Shown here: piece after piece, positions 1 through 11,880 of the stretch | Layout of the letters: the number at the start of each line of letters is the position of its first letter | Position numbering within the stretch: position 1 is the first letter of the stretch | NCBI GenBank assembly: GCA_010093995.1 | Contig: ML992502.1 | Span: 2,550,728 to 2,614,727 of the forward strand | Length of the DNA stretch: 64,000 nucleotides | Direction: 5' to 3' | Origin: Elsinoe ampelina | Lineage: Eukaryota | Program-made: the position numbers and the translations under genes | The notes under the pieces: generated by a model | What the model was told of the DNA's origin: nothing | Databases searched by the model: none | The model's input: only the letters and a program-made list of their open reading frames with translations

Positions 1-220
1 AAGACCCGCGCTTGACCCATATCGTGGAGCGGAACTTTTGGGCGAGTTCGACGAGGAGGCTGTCTGATTCGGGGGACGGGGAAGAGGGAGGCGTGACGTG
101 GTAGAGGTTGTTACCGGCTGCGCGGAGGATGCGGCAGATTTGCTGCGAGGGGGGCAGGGTGGAGGGCGGGGTGAGGGTTTCTTCGGCCGCGGCGAGGATG
201 TTGCGGCGGGGTTTGGGCAT
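1..220 (-). CDS. eIF1A-domain (S1/OB-fold) protein, EIF1AD-like; 5' part only, continues beyond the window start
   Basis: Hand translation from ATG at 220: MPKPRRNILAAAEETLTPP...ICRILRAAGNNLYHV...LLVELAQKFRSTIWVKRGS. The GNNLY and KFRSTIWVKRG segments match the eIF1AD family. Not in the ORF track because it runs off the edge. Confidence 0.85.
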   Translation of the reverse strand, partial: MPKPRRNILAAAEETLTPPSTLPPSQQICRILRAAGNNLYHVTPPSSPSPESDSLLVELAQKFRSTIWVKRGS

Positions 221-2164
221 ACTGGACGATCAGGCTGGTCGTGGAAAGGAGAGGATGGGCAGTTGGCGAGGAAAGAACGTGGTCACGGCGCGAGGTCGAG
301 GTTTGGTCAATTGGCCATGAAAAAAAGTCGAGAGTGACGTTTGGGGATGGCGCGGGGCATTCCGCCGGTGCGTGTCCTCAAGGCCAGGCATGAATGGACA
401 TTATGTCTGTTATCACTGTGCTGATTCGACGAGCTGTCTTTGACGCGGCATCATGCAGCGTATAGCTTGGAACTTTTGCGATACAACGAGTATGGGATCA
501 ATCTCAATAGATTTGGGTGAAGGTTTGGCGGAGAAGATCAGTGACAGCGCGAAGTAATGATCCCTCGCAAATGAAGGTATGCCCAACAGGACGATTTGTC
601 GTACATCCGTATATCTCTTGCCTCTCATCTGCCATCTTCTGAAAGCATATCCGTGCAATGGATCTTGAGGCATCTAGAGATTCGCGATCATCATTGGTAC
701 GGGATGATTCCATGAATTCGTCTTCAAAACTTTTGATAAAAGGCTCGTGGTGACCCATGAGTCTGTAAATGTCAATGTCACTTACTGACAGTGGAGCGCA
801 GTCACCTATCTATCGCTCCTAAGGTGGCCTTTGTAGGATGATTGGAATTATCATCTCTTCAGGCCGAGTCTCGCGTTGAAGTCCGACGAGTAGAGTACCT
901 GGTTCATTCGAGCAGTATGCCATGGCCAATCCTCTACAGCGCTGGCGAGTCTGACCATGGCAATGATGGACGACGTTCCTCATGACTCAGCTTGCTGAAG
1001 TGCATAGGACCGAGCTGGTGGTCAACCGAGGCGTTCAGTGTCGTGTATATCATGATAGCAACGCGCCTGGCAGCTGTCTTCCAGGTCTATCCATCAGGTA
1101 GCTCGCCGTTCGCCATGATATCTTCAGATAGGAAAGTATGGACTGATGATGTTCCTACCGGCTTCACCCTGTAAGGCCCGCTTGCCTACCTTGTACCGAT
1201 GTTCCAACTGGTAACCTTACACCCCCGCCACCTTTCTCCGGACTCATCAGAGGCTACGTGGGGGCGCACAATCGCAGCCCATCATGTCCAGACACGTACA
1301 GGACGCATGAGAGGCCAGATTTCGTCAATAGGGTATGACCCAAGCTCATCCAGCGGAGCTTTCGTCTCCTAGTATCAACGGCGGTGCTCTTGATGCACTT
1401 CCAACGCCTACGGCACGAATGATGCCATCGAGCAGATCCTCCATGAAGCTCCCAGGTCCAGCACCTGGCAGAATTGGTTAGCTCTTGAAAAGGCAAGAAA
1501 GACCGAGGGCGGGCTCGGGCGAGACTAGCGGCGATTGAATCCAGTACCCCACGCCTACCACAAACTTTATCCCGTCATTGTTTATCATGATCTGCTGCCA
1601 TGTAACGCGCTTTTCACCGCCTCTTTCAAGTAGCAATGACCGTTGTGTGTGTATCGATAGTATGTTGGAGCTGAGCAGAAGGGAAGATGGAGTCTGTGGG
1701 TGCAGGAAGCTTGATACCTCAGACTTCACAATACTTGTAGCACAGACACTGCTCCACTGCAAAAATCGCGTAGTGTAGCGTCCGTCCACGTCCCGTAATT
1801 GGCTGCAGAGCTACCTTCAAAATATCTTGCCTCGCCCTTCTATCAGAGGCGCGTCTTGCATGACATGCTGAGAGACTTCAGAGTCTGCTTGTCAAATCCT
1901 GCTTCCCTACCCTCCACAAGTTCGCTCATGCAGTAGCCCAGACCTTGTGCACTAGCGTCTGCGACTTGCAGTAGTGCATCCTCCTTATTTCGCCGCTCCG
2001 CATCATCAACTCCGACCTCGAGCCCTCGACAACCACGGCCGATCTCTGCGTGTCGACTGCAGCTGTGATAGCTGGGAAGAGGAGGATGTATAGCCCTTGA
2101 TCACAGAGACCTTCAGTGCGACAGACAACAGCATCTTCGGCCACAGACAGCCATCAAAGAAGCC

Positions 2165-5100
2165 ATGCTTTCATCCCTCCTCCGCCCTCGACGGCCTCGA
2201 AGGCGCGTCGATAGATCGCCCTTCTCCTCGCCCTTTACTGGGTCCCCAGAGAACACTCGTCATGGGCAACCAGACAGGGGAAGGCCTGTACACACAGATG
2301 AGGACGAGGATGATCAGCAGGAAGAGTACGATGAGGATGATCAGACCTATGAAGAGCTTGACGAGGGATCCGAAGATAGTCAACCTTTGCTGCCCATCTT
2401 CTCCGCCGCGCATCTCGGTAAGCAGGAAGGAAGGGCCAGGAGCCGGCAGAGCTGACACCATGACAGATACGATACCTGTCTATACCATTACTCACGCAAT
2501 CAGGATGCTGATCATCCAGAAATGCGAGACTACCCTCTCGTGGGACCAGCTAAGAGCGCCTCAGGTCTCCCAGTTCTTAGTCAAGCCCATTCAGACGCAG
2601 ATTCGCGCTAGCCACTTCAATCGCGCAACGCTGACAGCTTTGATTGCGAATTGCTTGCAATTCAAGAAGGAGTCGGAGATAAACCCGGGCAATGCAGGTG
2701 TGAGCAAGACCCGAGCGATACTGTCTGAGCTACTGGCAATGAGGCTCCTCCGCGAGTACTCGACCAGAGAGCTTATTGACGCGCTGAGCTACGACTTTGA
2801 TCCGCTCCAGGGCATGGACGATCCTCAAGAGGCCAAAGGGAAGAGAGTGGCGAGAACAAGGTCGGCCAGGATATCGACAGTCGAGATCGCCATCCGAGCG
2901 ACAGCTAAGAGCTTCCTTGCACATCCTCTCGTGGTGCAGCAGCTCGAGGCTATCTGGGCCGGCAGTATCGTCTTCCACTCAGCTGCAGATAACCTTCATC
3001 GGAAGCCCCCGAAGACGCACCAGTCCCGACTCTCCAAGCAACGAGGATACGGTACCATCAGAGATCAGTCTCCACTCTCGCCAGGGACGAGACCAAATGG
3101 CCGTACCCAGCAGTCAGCGGCGCCTCAGACCAACGATGAATACGTACGGAGATCGGTTACCCTCTACGACCCTCAAGATGCGTCCCTATTTAAGCTATCT
3201 AGGCTCAGGGTACCTCGATACCGCCAGCTCTTTACGACCCTCTCCTTCGCTGTCATGCTGGTGCTATATCTGGCAGTGCTGATTGAGCGGTCCTTGAACA
3301 TCACAACCCTCGAGATCATTTTCTGGATCTATAGCACAGGATACATGCTTGACGAGATTGTTGGCTTCACGGAACAAGGCTTTGGACTCTACCTACTCAG
3401 CGTTTGGAACGCCTTTGACTTAGGCATCCTGCTCATGCTGGTCATCTACTATGTCTTGAGGATATATGGCAATCTCATACCCAACGAAGACAGTCAGGAA
3501 ATCGCGAACATGGCGTACGACGTGCTTGCGTCGACAGCAGTGCTCTTGTTTCCTCGAGCATTTAGCGTCCTGGATCACTACCGATACTTTTCGCAGTTGC
3601 TCATCGCCTTTCGACTCATGGCCCAAGACATGTTTGCCATTCTCATCCTGGTCGTCATCAGCTGCAGTGGCTTCTTCGTCGCATTCACAACAGCCTACAG
3701 CAAGAATGACGAGCGTGGTGCTCACGTCGCATATGCTATCTTTCAGATCGTTATGGGGTTCTCGCCTGCAGCGTGGTCGGCTTGGGATCGTTACAACACG
3801 CTTGGGCGAATCGTGATGGGCTTCTTTTTGATCGTCTGTCACTTCATGATCGTGACGATCCTGATCACTGTTCTGACCAATTCGTTCATGGCAATTGTTA
3901 GGAATGCCGAGGAGGAACATCAGTTCTTGTTCGCCGTGAACACCATCTCCATGGTAAAGTCGGACGCTCTGTTCTCCTACATTGCTCCGACCAATGTGCT
4001 GAGCTGGGCTGTCTCGCCACTACGCTTCATCATGCCGTTTCGACGCTTTGTCAAGCTCAATCGGACCATCATCAAGGTCACCCACTTTCCGATACTGTTC
4101 TCGATCTTTGCGTACGAACGGGTCATACTCTCCAGGATTGCCTATGTCCCAGAAGATCTTGTCGATCGGAATCAGCCCGTCCGAGCAAAGCCTGTTGCCT
4201 TTGGACGCCAGCAAGGTTTCACTTCAAGGGCACGCCGTCTGCGGGAGCCGTCTGTGGTTTCCTTCAGGAAGGAGCAAGCTTTGGATGAAGTGTTTCGACG
4301 ACCATTCAAGGGAGAGACCGTTCGAACGACGACGAGAGAGATGGACACTGATTGTCGGAAGTCAAGCAATGTTGTCGATCACTGGATGCAGAACGTGGGT
4401 CAGGAAGGTGGTGCCAGTCCGCCGATGGAGCAACCTCGCTCGGTGCTTGATCGTCTAGAGAACCGTCGTCCAGGCTTCAGGCGAGCAATGACGTCCGACA
4501 GGATCAGGACTCGTCGAGACTATTCTACGGCCACCCGATCTGTGATGTCGGACCCTGACGAGCGTTCCATACTGGCAGCCAGACGGCCGAAGATGATCGA
4601 GGAGGAGACTGATCCTGATCTGTCCTTTGAAAGTGTGCCTCAGGAGACGGATGCTGAGGACGGAGATGATGAGCTCATGACACATGATGAAGCAGACCTG
4701 ATGACAGTTGAGAAGTCATCGCTTGCTCCAGATCGTACACCGGACCAGGACCAGAATGACGATAAGGAGAACGCTCCATTGTCTCAGTCCCCCGACGACT
4801 ACTTTGTCACTCCGACTGCTTCCAGGCCTACCGAGCAAGCTCTTCCGGCTGCAAAGACCAGGGACGGTACTGGTCAATCTGGCGGCAAGCCCAAGCGGTA
4901 CCACGATCGGACAGTGTCTGCCAACACCATATTGTTCCAACCCAATGTTTCTAGGACATCGTCGTCGTCCTCGGCAGCGGCGCCTGTGGGTCGTAATGCT
5001 CGGCCTGGTACTGCAAAGTCTGGCTTGCCCACTGCAGAGCCGTCAGGGTATCGTACACCTCGTCAACAGCCTGCAGCTGTGCCACCGGCGTCTCGTGCTC

Positions 5101-6500
5101 GCCCGATTGCTCCACCTCGTGGTTCGCAGCCTCAATCGCAAAAGGGCAACGGTCTTGCAGGTTTCAACTTTGCCCAGCCTGGCTTCGGCCAGCGCCGACC
5201 ACAACGTGAACCCAGCTTCAATACCCTGGCTCTTGATCTTGCTTCTGACTTTGGTGACAATCGTTTCGTGTCTGCTGTTGACGTCGGCGGTATCTCAGGT
5301 ATGCCAGCTTCGTTCTCCGAGCAAATGCTGCGCGAAAGAGAGACCGCACGTCGTCTCCGCGATGAGGACCGTCGTCGCTCAGAGGCCGAGGAGCGTGGTG
5401 TCGTCCAACGTCTCGTCCTCAACAGGATGAACACGTTGGAGGAGGGCTTCCGCGAGGTCATCAGCGCTGTTAGGGAGCTGCGTGAACGTGAGACAAGGTC
5501 AGGGCCAGGATCAGGCACCGTCACCAGCGCAGGTAGTTCGACTGTTGACACAAAGATTGACGCGCGCCTTACGGGCGGCAGAGAGACAGCCGCACCGCGG
5601 ACGCCTGGCGGCAAGGTGAAGGACAAGGCGCTCCGCAGTCCGAAGAAGGTCAAGCGCCCCACATTGGGGGCTGGGCTGTCGTCGATGACAGTGGTACAGT
5701 CGTCGAGCCAGGGAGGACAAGGAGCTCAGCCTGCAGGAGTCCAGGGAGCGGGCCGGTCGACGTCGGTTCCTGAAGATGCAATGACACAGTCCGGCGACAG
5801 TAGAGGTGGCCAGAGACAGACAGATAGCGGAGGTGATGCGGCGGAGTATCCTGGTGATGGTTATGGACCTCTGACGGCCGTAGAAAGGCGGGACATGGCG
5901 CCTGGGGCACTTGGAGATGGCGCTGGAGATGGATTGGCTGACGCACAGACTCAGCAAGCTCAAAATCAGACTTCACAGCAAGCAGGACAATCATCACAGC
6001 AACCAACTCAGCAGCAAACTGATTCATCAACCTCCAAGGGCAAAGAGCGGGAGGACAACAGTCCAAACAGCGTCAAAAGCATAGTCCAAACTCTCGAACA
6101 GAAAGTCAAGCTTCACGTCAACGCGACGGTTCAAGACCAGCAGCGGAGTCTATCGCGCAGCTCCAGCCTAGGCCACGGACAAGCCGGCCAGCGCAATGTC
6201 AGCGCTTCTGGATCTCTACCAGGATCGAGCGGCAGCTCGGGCGGGGCAGGCAGTGTCGCGGAGTCGCAGAGCTACGCAGCTGTCGCAGCAGAAGGTCAAG
6301 AGGCGGCGGGATCATCAAAACAGCGACAGACTGTGGGCAGCAGAAGGGCCAGACCGCTCAGTGAAGGCGCGGACAGGAACAGGGAGAGTGTCATCTATGT
6401 GGGCAAGGGTGATCTGGCCCCTGGAAGAAGAGTGGACAGTGGAGAGAGCAGTAGGACGGCGTTTGACAGGGCTAGCGACGAGGGGCCACAGGAGAAATAG
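2165..6500 (+). CDS. TRP-like cation channel (Yvc1/TRPY1-related) with a long disordered C-terminal tail; exons 2165-2417 and 2467-6500
   Basis: Intron 2418-2466 (GTAAGC...GCTGAC...CAG) joins MLSSLLRPRR...LLPIFSAAHL in frame to DTIPVYTITHAIR. Features: Yvc1-type N-domain (LSWDQLRAPQVSQFLV, FLAHPLVVQQLEAIWAG, LRVPRYRQ), about six TM segments with SVWNAFD, a pore-like FQIVMGFS, and S6 TILITVLTNSF. Confidence 0.85.
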
Positions 6501-7151
6501 GCCTGGAGACATCAGAGATGGAGCAAGAGACATGGTTGAGGGTTGGGGAGGAGCAACAGCAGGGTATACATTGAGGATGTGATCTAAAAGTGTGCCTGCC
6601 AGGAACAAGACCAGAGCTTGAACAGCAGACCTGTGTCGATACAAGCAAGAGATGAGGATCATGGGAAGTGCAAGAGAATCAAAGGCTTGGGAACAGCAAG
6701 AGATCAGCGGTATGGAAACATCTTTGACCATAATGGAGCGGACAGGCCAAGCAGACCAAACAGCGAAGACAACACTGCTTGAAACCAGACAAGCAAGACA
6801 CGGACAATCACAAACGACACAGAAGACCGGCCGGAAGGTGTAAATACTGTACTTAGATTGCTTCACTCTGCTTTGCTGCGATGGATCCGGGACATTTTCG
6901 GTTTGCTGCACACTCACAAGGGATAGTCACTTCAGCAAGGCGTCACGGAGCAAGAGAAGCGGGCATTTGCTTTTTCTTTGTGCTGGTCGGCTCTCTGCGC
7001 CAGGCACGATATACGACAGATGAATTGTACCAGACTGTATATCTAGCTACACACTACTTGATCGTGGAAGGGTGAGATGGTGTGGTGGTGATGGTGGCAA
7101 TGGCGTGGGTGGTCTGTAAGTCTCATACTCTGATTTGTTCATCTCCATCTT

Positions 7152-7228
7152 GTTTTCTTGATCTTCCCGTCCTCCTTCTGTTCTTCTTGATCCTACCGTC
7201 CTCCTTCTGTTCTTCTTGATCCTGCCAT
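7152..7228. repeat. 29-bp pyrimidine-rich tandem repeat, about 2.5 copies
   Basis: Unit approx. CTTCTTGATCCTACCGTCCTCCTTCTGTT; TTGATC recurs at 7158, 7187 and 7216. Confidence 0.85.
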
Positions 7229-7945
7229 CCCTTTCCTGTCCCTATACCTCCTTCGGTCCCTCCATCAAGGTTGACCGAGATGCCACCCTGCCTCATGGCG
7301 CGTTTGGCTCGTCTTGTCCATCCGACCCTACTCTACCAGCCCAACCCCGACCCAGCGCTATTCGCAAACACAAGCAACAACCAGCCAGAGCCCTAGGATA
7401 CATGATTGCGGCGGCCACCATCCATCAGTTGTCCTCGGCGGGGTCAACCAATATGTGGCGACGCGCTTCCTACCAGCTCTGGGGTGGCTGACAGAGGGGT
7501 CCAACGCAGCTCTGATGGTACTGGCGAGAGGTACCTCCACAATATGCCGGTGAGGAGTAGCGGACCAGGCAACCATTGTTGGTCGCGGCGGTGGACACCC
7601 AGCAGCAATGTGGGCGTCTTGACATGGATTCGACAAACCGACCCAATACGGGGGGACGTAATGAGATCCAGCTTTGTCGCCCATGCCATGCCAGGTCGGA
7701 GAGGGACCATAATATTCCTTGCCGGAAGCGCAAACCACATCTGGTGGAGCGCCTCGATGACAGCACCCATCTGAGGGGCTGAAGGCGCCAGGGACCGACT
7801 GAAGAGGTGAGCGTGATCATACTACTTGTATGCTCACCACCGACCAGACCAGGACCACTCTGAGTCTTTCGCTGCTGCTGAACCCTCGAAGAGCAGGTTA
7901 CGGCGCAGGCAGCTCCGTCAATCTCTGTCGCGACGCCAGCTTCCG

Positions 7946-8260
7946 GACATACAAGACCAGCATCGACCATCCAGCTGGGGACGGAAGAGGCGACATGGAG
8001 ATGCCTGCCGGACCTGACAAGAAACCGAGCAGCAGCAGCGATCTGACTGGTGATGGACGCCGACGACCGATTGGGCGGCAGATGAGGGTAGATACCTTGT
8101 ATCTCCACCGAACTATCGCCACCCAGCCATCGAAAAACATGGTAGGCAGGTCGGTCGCCGGCGGCCCAATAGGAGGAGGCTGCGGAGCGGAAGCGAAACC
8201 TGATAATCTCCGCAGCAATGCCAGCCCCAGACATACAAGACCAAGATCGTCCTTCCAGCT
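7946..8260 (+). repeat. 31-bp direct repeat pair, 284 bp apart
   Basis: GACATACAAGACCAGCATCGACCATCCAGCT (7946-7976) vs GACATACAAGACCAAGATCGTCCTTCCAGCT (8230-8260); 27/31 identical. Confidence 0.85.
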
Positions 8261-8769
8261 CCAAGAGGAGTCGCCTTGAAGGCGCCCTCATATCGATCTG
8301 ATCGAGGTCGGGCGCCCAGGACCGGTAGAAGAGGAGGTCGGCAGAAAATACTACTCGTATCATCCGCCCAGGAGGCCGCGACTGAAGTCGATCGTGCGGT
8401 GGCAGGCGGCGCCCGTCTTCGGCTCCTATTCCAGCTTGGACGAGGGCGACTGCCTGGCCATGCTGAGGAGTGGAAAAACGCGGTGCCAGGAGGTGCTGAG
8501 GCAGGTCGTTTCGCCTGCAGCTCTCGGACTCGACCAGGACCAGAGTTCCACTGGGGAGAGTGGTGGCGAGGCGAGGTATGTGGCTGCATACCGGCCAGGC
8601 CACGACGACTACTTCATGCAGGCTCCCTCCCCACCAATGAGATCCAGCTTGTGCGGCTTATGACAGGGCTGCCGTGATAGATTGTTGGACCAATGCTTCG
8701 GCATGGACGGGATAGCTCCTGACCGTCGTGCCAATACCTGGGTGTCGAGCGATGGAGAAGGATCGACCG

Positions 8770-9590
8770 ACCAGCAGCCCAGAATATTTTGTTCCAGATC
8801 CAGCAGAGGATATGGTTCATATGGGCGCCTGCCCCTCGTACACTGCGAGGGGACACCGTAACGCCAACCATGTACAAGCGCCATTTCAGCTGTCCCGCGC
8901 CCTCGGATGAGCTCCCAGCGGAGGAGTGATCCAGCATACAGTCGCCCGATCAAGAGCCGGCAGATGTGGAGGAGGTGGAGGAGTTCCCCAAGCCATGCCA
9001 GACTTCTGATCGAGGTCGAGAATGTATCCAGCGATGTGTGGGGACCAGCAGGCAGGCGCCAGGAATATTTTGTTCCAGATCCAGAAAGAGCGGATGAGGG
9101 ATATGTCTGGTCGCTTCAGATCAGTCGCTTCCAGAGCTCTCGTATAATGCTCGTATAATGCTGCGGTACCGGTCGAAAGCCGGTTCGTGCAGAGTGTTGC
9201 GATTGGCTGGTGCGTGTGCCTTGCAACAAAGCGGCGAGCAAGAACCAGCAGATAGGCGCCAAAGCATATTTTGTTCCAGATCCGGAGCAAGATATGGGTT
9301 CGGGGGCGCGTGAGTATCTCGTCCAGAAAATGTTCCATGCCGCCGACAATGAGCAGGTGGCGTGAAAGCTCCAGCAGATGAGCTCCCAGCGGAGGAGCGG
9401 ACCAGCATGAAGTGGTGCCCCAGGCACAGCAAGTAGATGCCGGTCGTATTTTGTTCCAGATCCAAGGGAGGATGTGGTTCCGTCGGGCATGCCAGCCCAC
9501 ACATTGAATAGTGGTGGTGTTCTCGACGATACCAGTAGAATGCAATGTCGGCCACCGAGATTGGATTGCCCGCAGAGGAGCGGAGCCGCA
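8770..9590 (+). repeat. Interspersed direct-repeat array: four exact TATTTTGTTCCAGATCC cores plus a second 21-mer motif
   Basis: 17-mer at 8785, 9066, 9267 and 9447. GATGAGCTCCCAGCGGAGGAG at 8906 and 9377, with a degenerate copy near 9560-9585. Flanks are partly shared. Confidence 0.9.
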
Positions 9591-11880
9591 TACGCATCGC
9601 TGGCCCAGCTATCGTATTGGGCTGGATCTCTGGGTGCTAGAAGTCTATGCTGTCGCCTTGTCGAGCATGGCGAGAACCGCTGGCTCGAGATACTGCCGGA
9701 GGATCCTATGAGGTCGTCTAGGAGGTGGGTCGAAGCAGGTCGTATGCCTCCAGCGATGGCCGGTGTACAATTCGTTTACTGTGGAAGGTGTTGCGGAAGG
9801 TGAAGGCGAGAGCGTCGGCGATGTTTCGAATCTCCTGGCTCAAAGCGAGAGGTTGCGGTGCATGCGTGGATTGACTTTCTTGGTCATAGGTTTGGAAACG
9901 TGAATACTGGAAAACCACCCACAGCACTACCACCACATCCTCCGATGATACAGTCCTATCATCAATCATCATGGCGTCTCTGGAAGCCAAGCACCAGATA
10001 CTCTCTGTATCTGCTGCCGCTGCTGCCTTCCAGAAGTACAACTCCGTGTCGCAGTCTGATACTGTGGGGGAATCGGACCAGCTGCGACGCTGAACGCTGA
10101 GAGCCAGACATGATGAGATTTTTCATGTCTCTGACAGCCCCGGCGTTGAAGTGCTCCTGGTAGCGGCAGGAAGGCAATATGGCTAGCCGCACCCACCGCC
10201 ACGGGGAATGGCAGGTTCGGCCCGCGAGCGAAGGAATGAGGTTCGACCTGGTACTTTTGACAGCGTAGTAAGGGCTCATGTTGGTGGGGACCGAAACCAG
10301 CAATAATTGGTCATTGACCGCAAGAAACGTTGGTCCAGGCGCGAAATGCAGGGCGCGGGACGATGGAGCAGGCGTTGTTTTTCCGACCAGCGTGAAGGTG
10401 CTGGGAGATGCTCCAGAGATCGTGGTCTGAAGGCGATGTAGAAGTCCGCTGCAGAATAGTCTGGTTGTAAGGGGCGCCAGGCAATAAGATGGTACCCCGG
10501 AGATAGAGGGCCAGATAATGTCGGTAGGGGGAACGCGCCGCTATCAATGGTTGCCTTGTCAGGCGCTGTATTGAAGATATTGGAGGACGGAACGAGGCGT
10601 ATGAAGGTGGTTGAGAAGGTTGGAGGCGGGAAAATGATGAGGCAGATCATCGGACTGGCCTACTTGGAGGGGCAGACCATCGGCGCTGTCTTCATACCCG
10701 GAGAGAGGAGGTATGAAGGTGGTTGGGAAGGCGGAGGGCGCAGAATAGTGCTCAGTGGAGGTGCTCCTTCTGTAGGAAGACGCTGAGTAGCCTCCGCACT
10801 ATTCTGACGCAGGAGATATGGGATGCGTTTGTTGGGTAAGAATGTTGATGGGAATTGCTTGCGGATCGCCCGGGTTTTGCTTTTTAAACCAGGCTATTAG
10901 GCGGGCTCAGAGCAGATCAGGCCTGGGCAGCACACCAGGTCGGGACAACACAACGGGAAACTGGAGCAAACAGGTTTCCTGTCTGCAGGATCATTATCCA
11001 AGCCTCCTGTGCCCAATATCGGTTGCCACTCCTGTCGTATCAACCTATCATTTTGACCATGAGGGTAGCGAAACACTTCGCAGGTCATACACGGTGAGCT
11101 GGCAGCTAGTACAGGGCGCAAGCATGACAACGAGCTCGAGTCTGATACCCGGGAGTATACATACTACCGCTAAGCGAGGTGGGACATGTCGGGTCATGGG
11201 TCTTGTTCCAATCGGACACGTCATTTGATACGAGCATGGTAGGACCATCAGTCGTGAATTGAACGCCTGAATATGCTGAGTTCCGAATCAGAATCCCTCC
11301 CACTTGTCAGTACAGTAGCTGCGTCCCGATACCACCAGCCTCCTCGCTGTCAGGAGAGTCCGGCTTGAGGTTATTCCAACTGCGGCACAGAGATGACATA
11401 TTGTATACCATCGAACATCACATCATCACGAAAGAGGCCTGATTAAACATTACACATTACCATTGCTAGGAAAAGACTTGTGAACGCCACCCTTCCATCC
11501 CGAAGTCCCCCATAAATACCCCATGGAAATCAAATTGAAACCCAGATTCAGAGCCCTATGTAGACGGAGTCCTGTTGCTCCTCCGTGAGAATGTGATTGG
11601 GGGACTCCAGGTTATGCTGTAGCTCCTCGCTCATGTGGACATCCTCCAGGGACGCGTCTCACTGAGCTATGCTAAAAGTACAAACGCCTCAACACCGAAC
11701 GCCGGGGGAGGAGGGCTCTGATTCTTCCGCATCATGACAAAGGAAATAGTCATGTGCTCGTGTTCTTCTCTTGGCAAAGTGTGAGAGGCATCGGTCATGC
11801 TCTTTGTCTCTCTTGTCAGTCTGGTCTCGTGCAACAAAGGAAAGTCGAGGTCATTCTGTCTATCAGCTGCGACTTGGTCG

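Noticed and set aside
7470..8603. 377-aa minus-strand ORF as a real gene
   Set aside because: Non-ATG start, no recognisable domain, and the repeat substitution pattern favours the plus strand.
9139..9160. Tandem CTCGTATAATG resembling the tac/lacUV5 -10 box or a loxP arm
   Set aside because: Only an 11-bp local duplication with no other vector or lox sequence; treated as coincidence.
8785..9463. CRISPR interpretation of the 17-mer array
   Set aside because: Eukaryotic context, no cas genes, spacers 160-260 bp and unequal, and the spacers themselves share a second motif.
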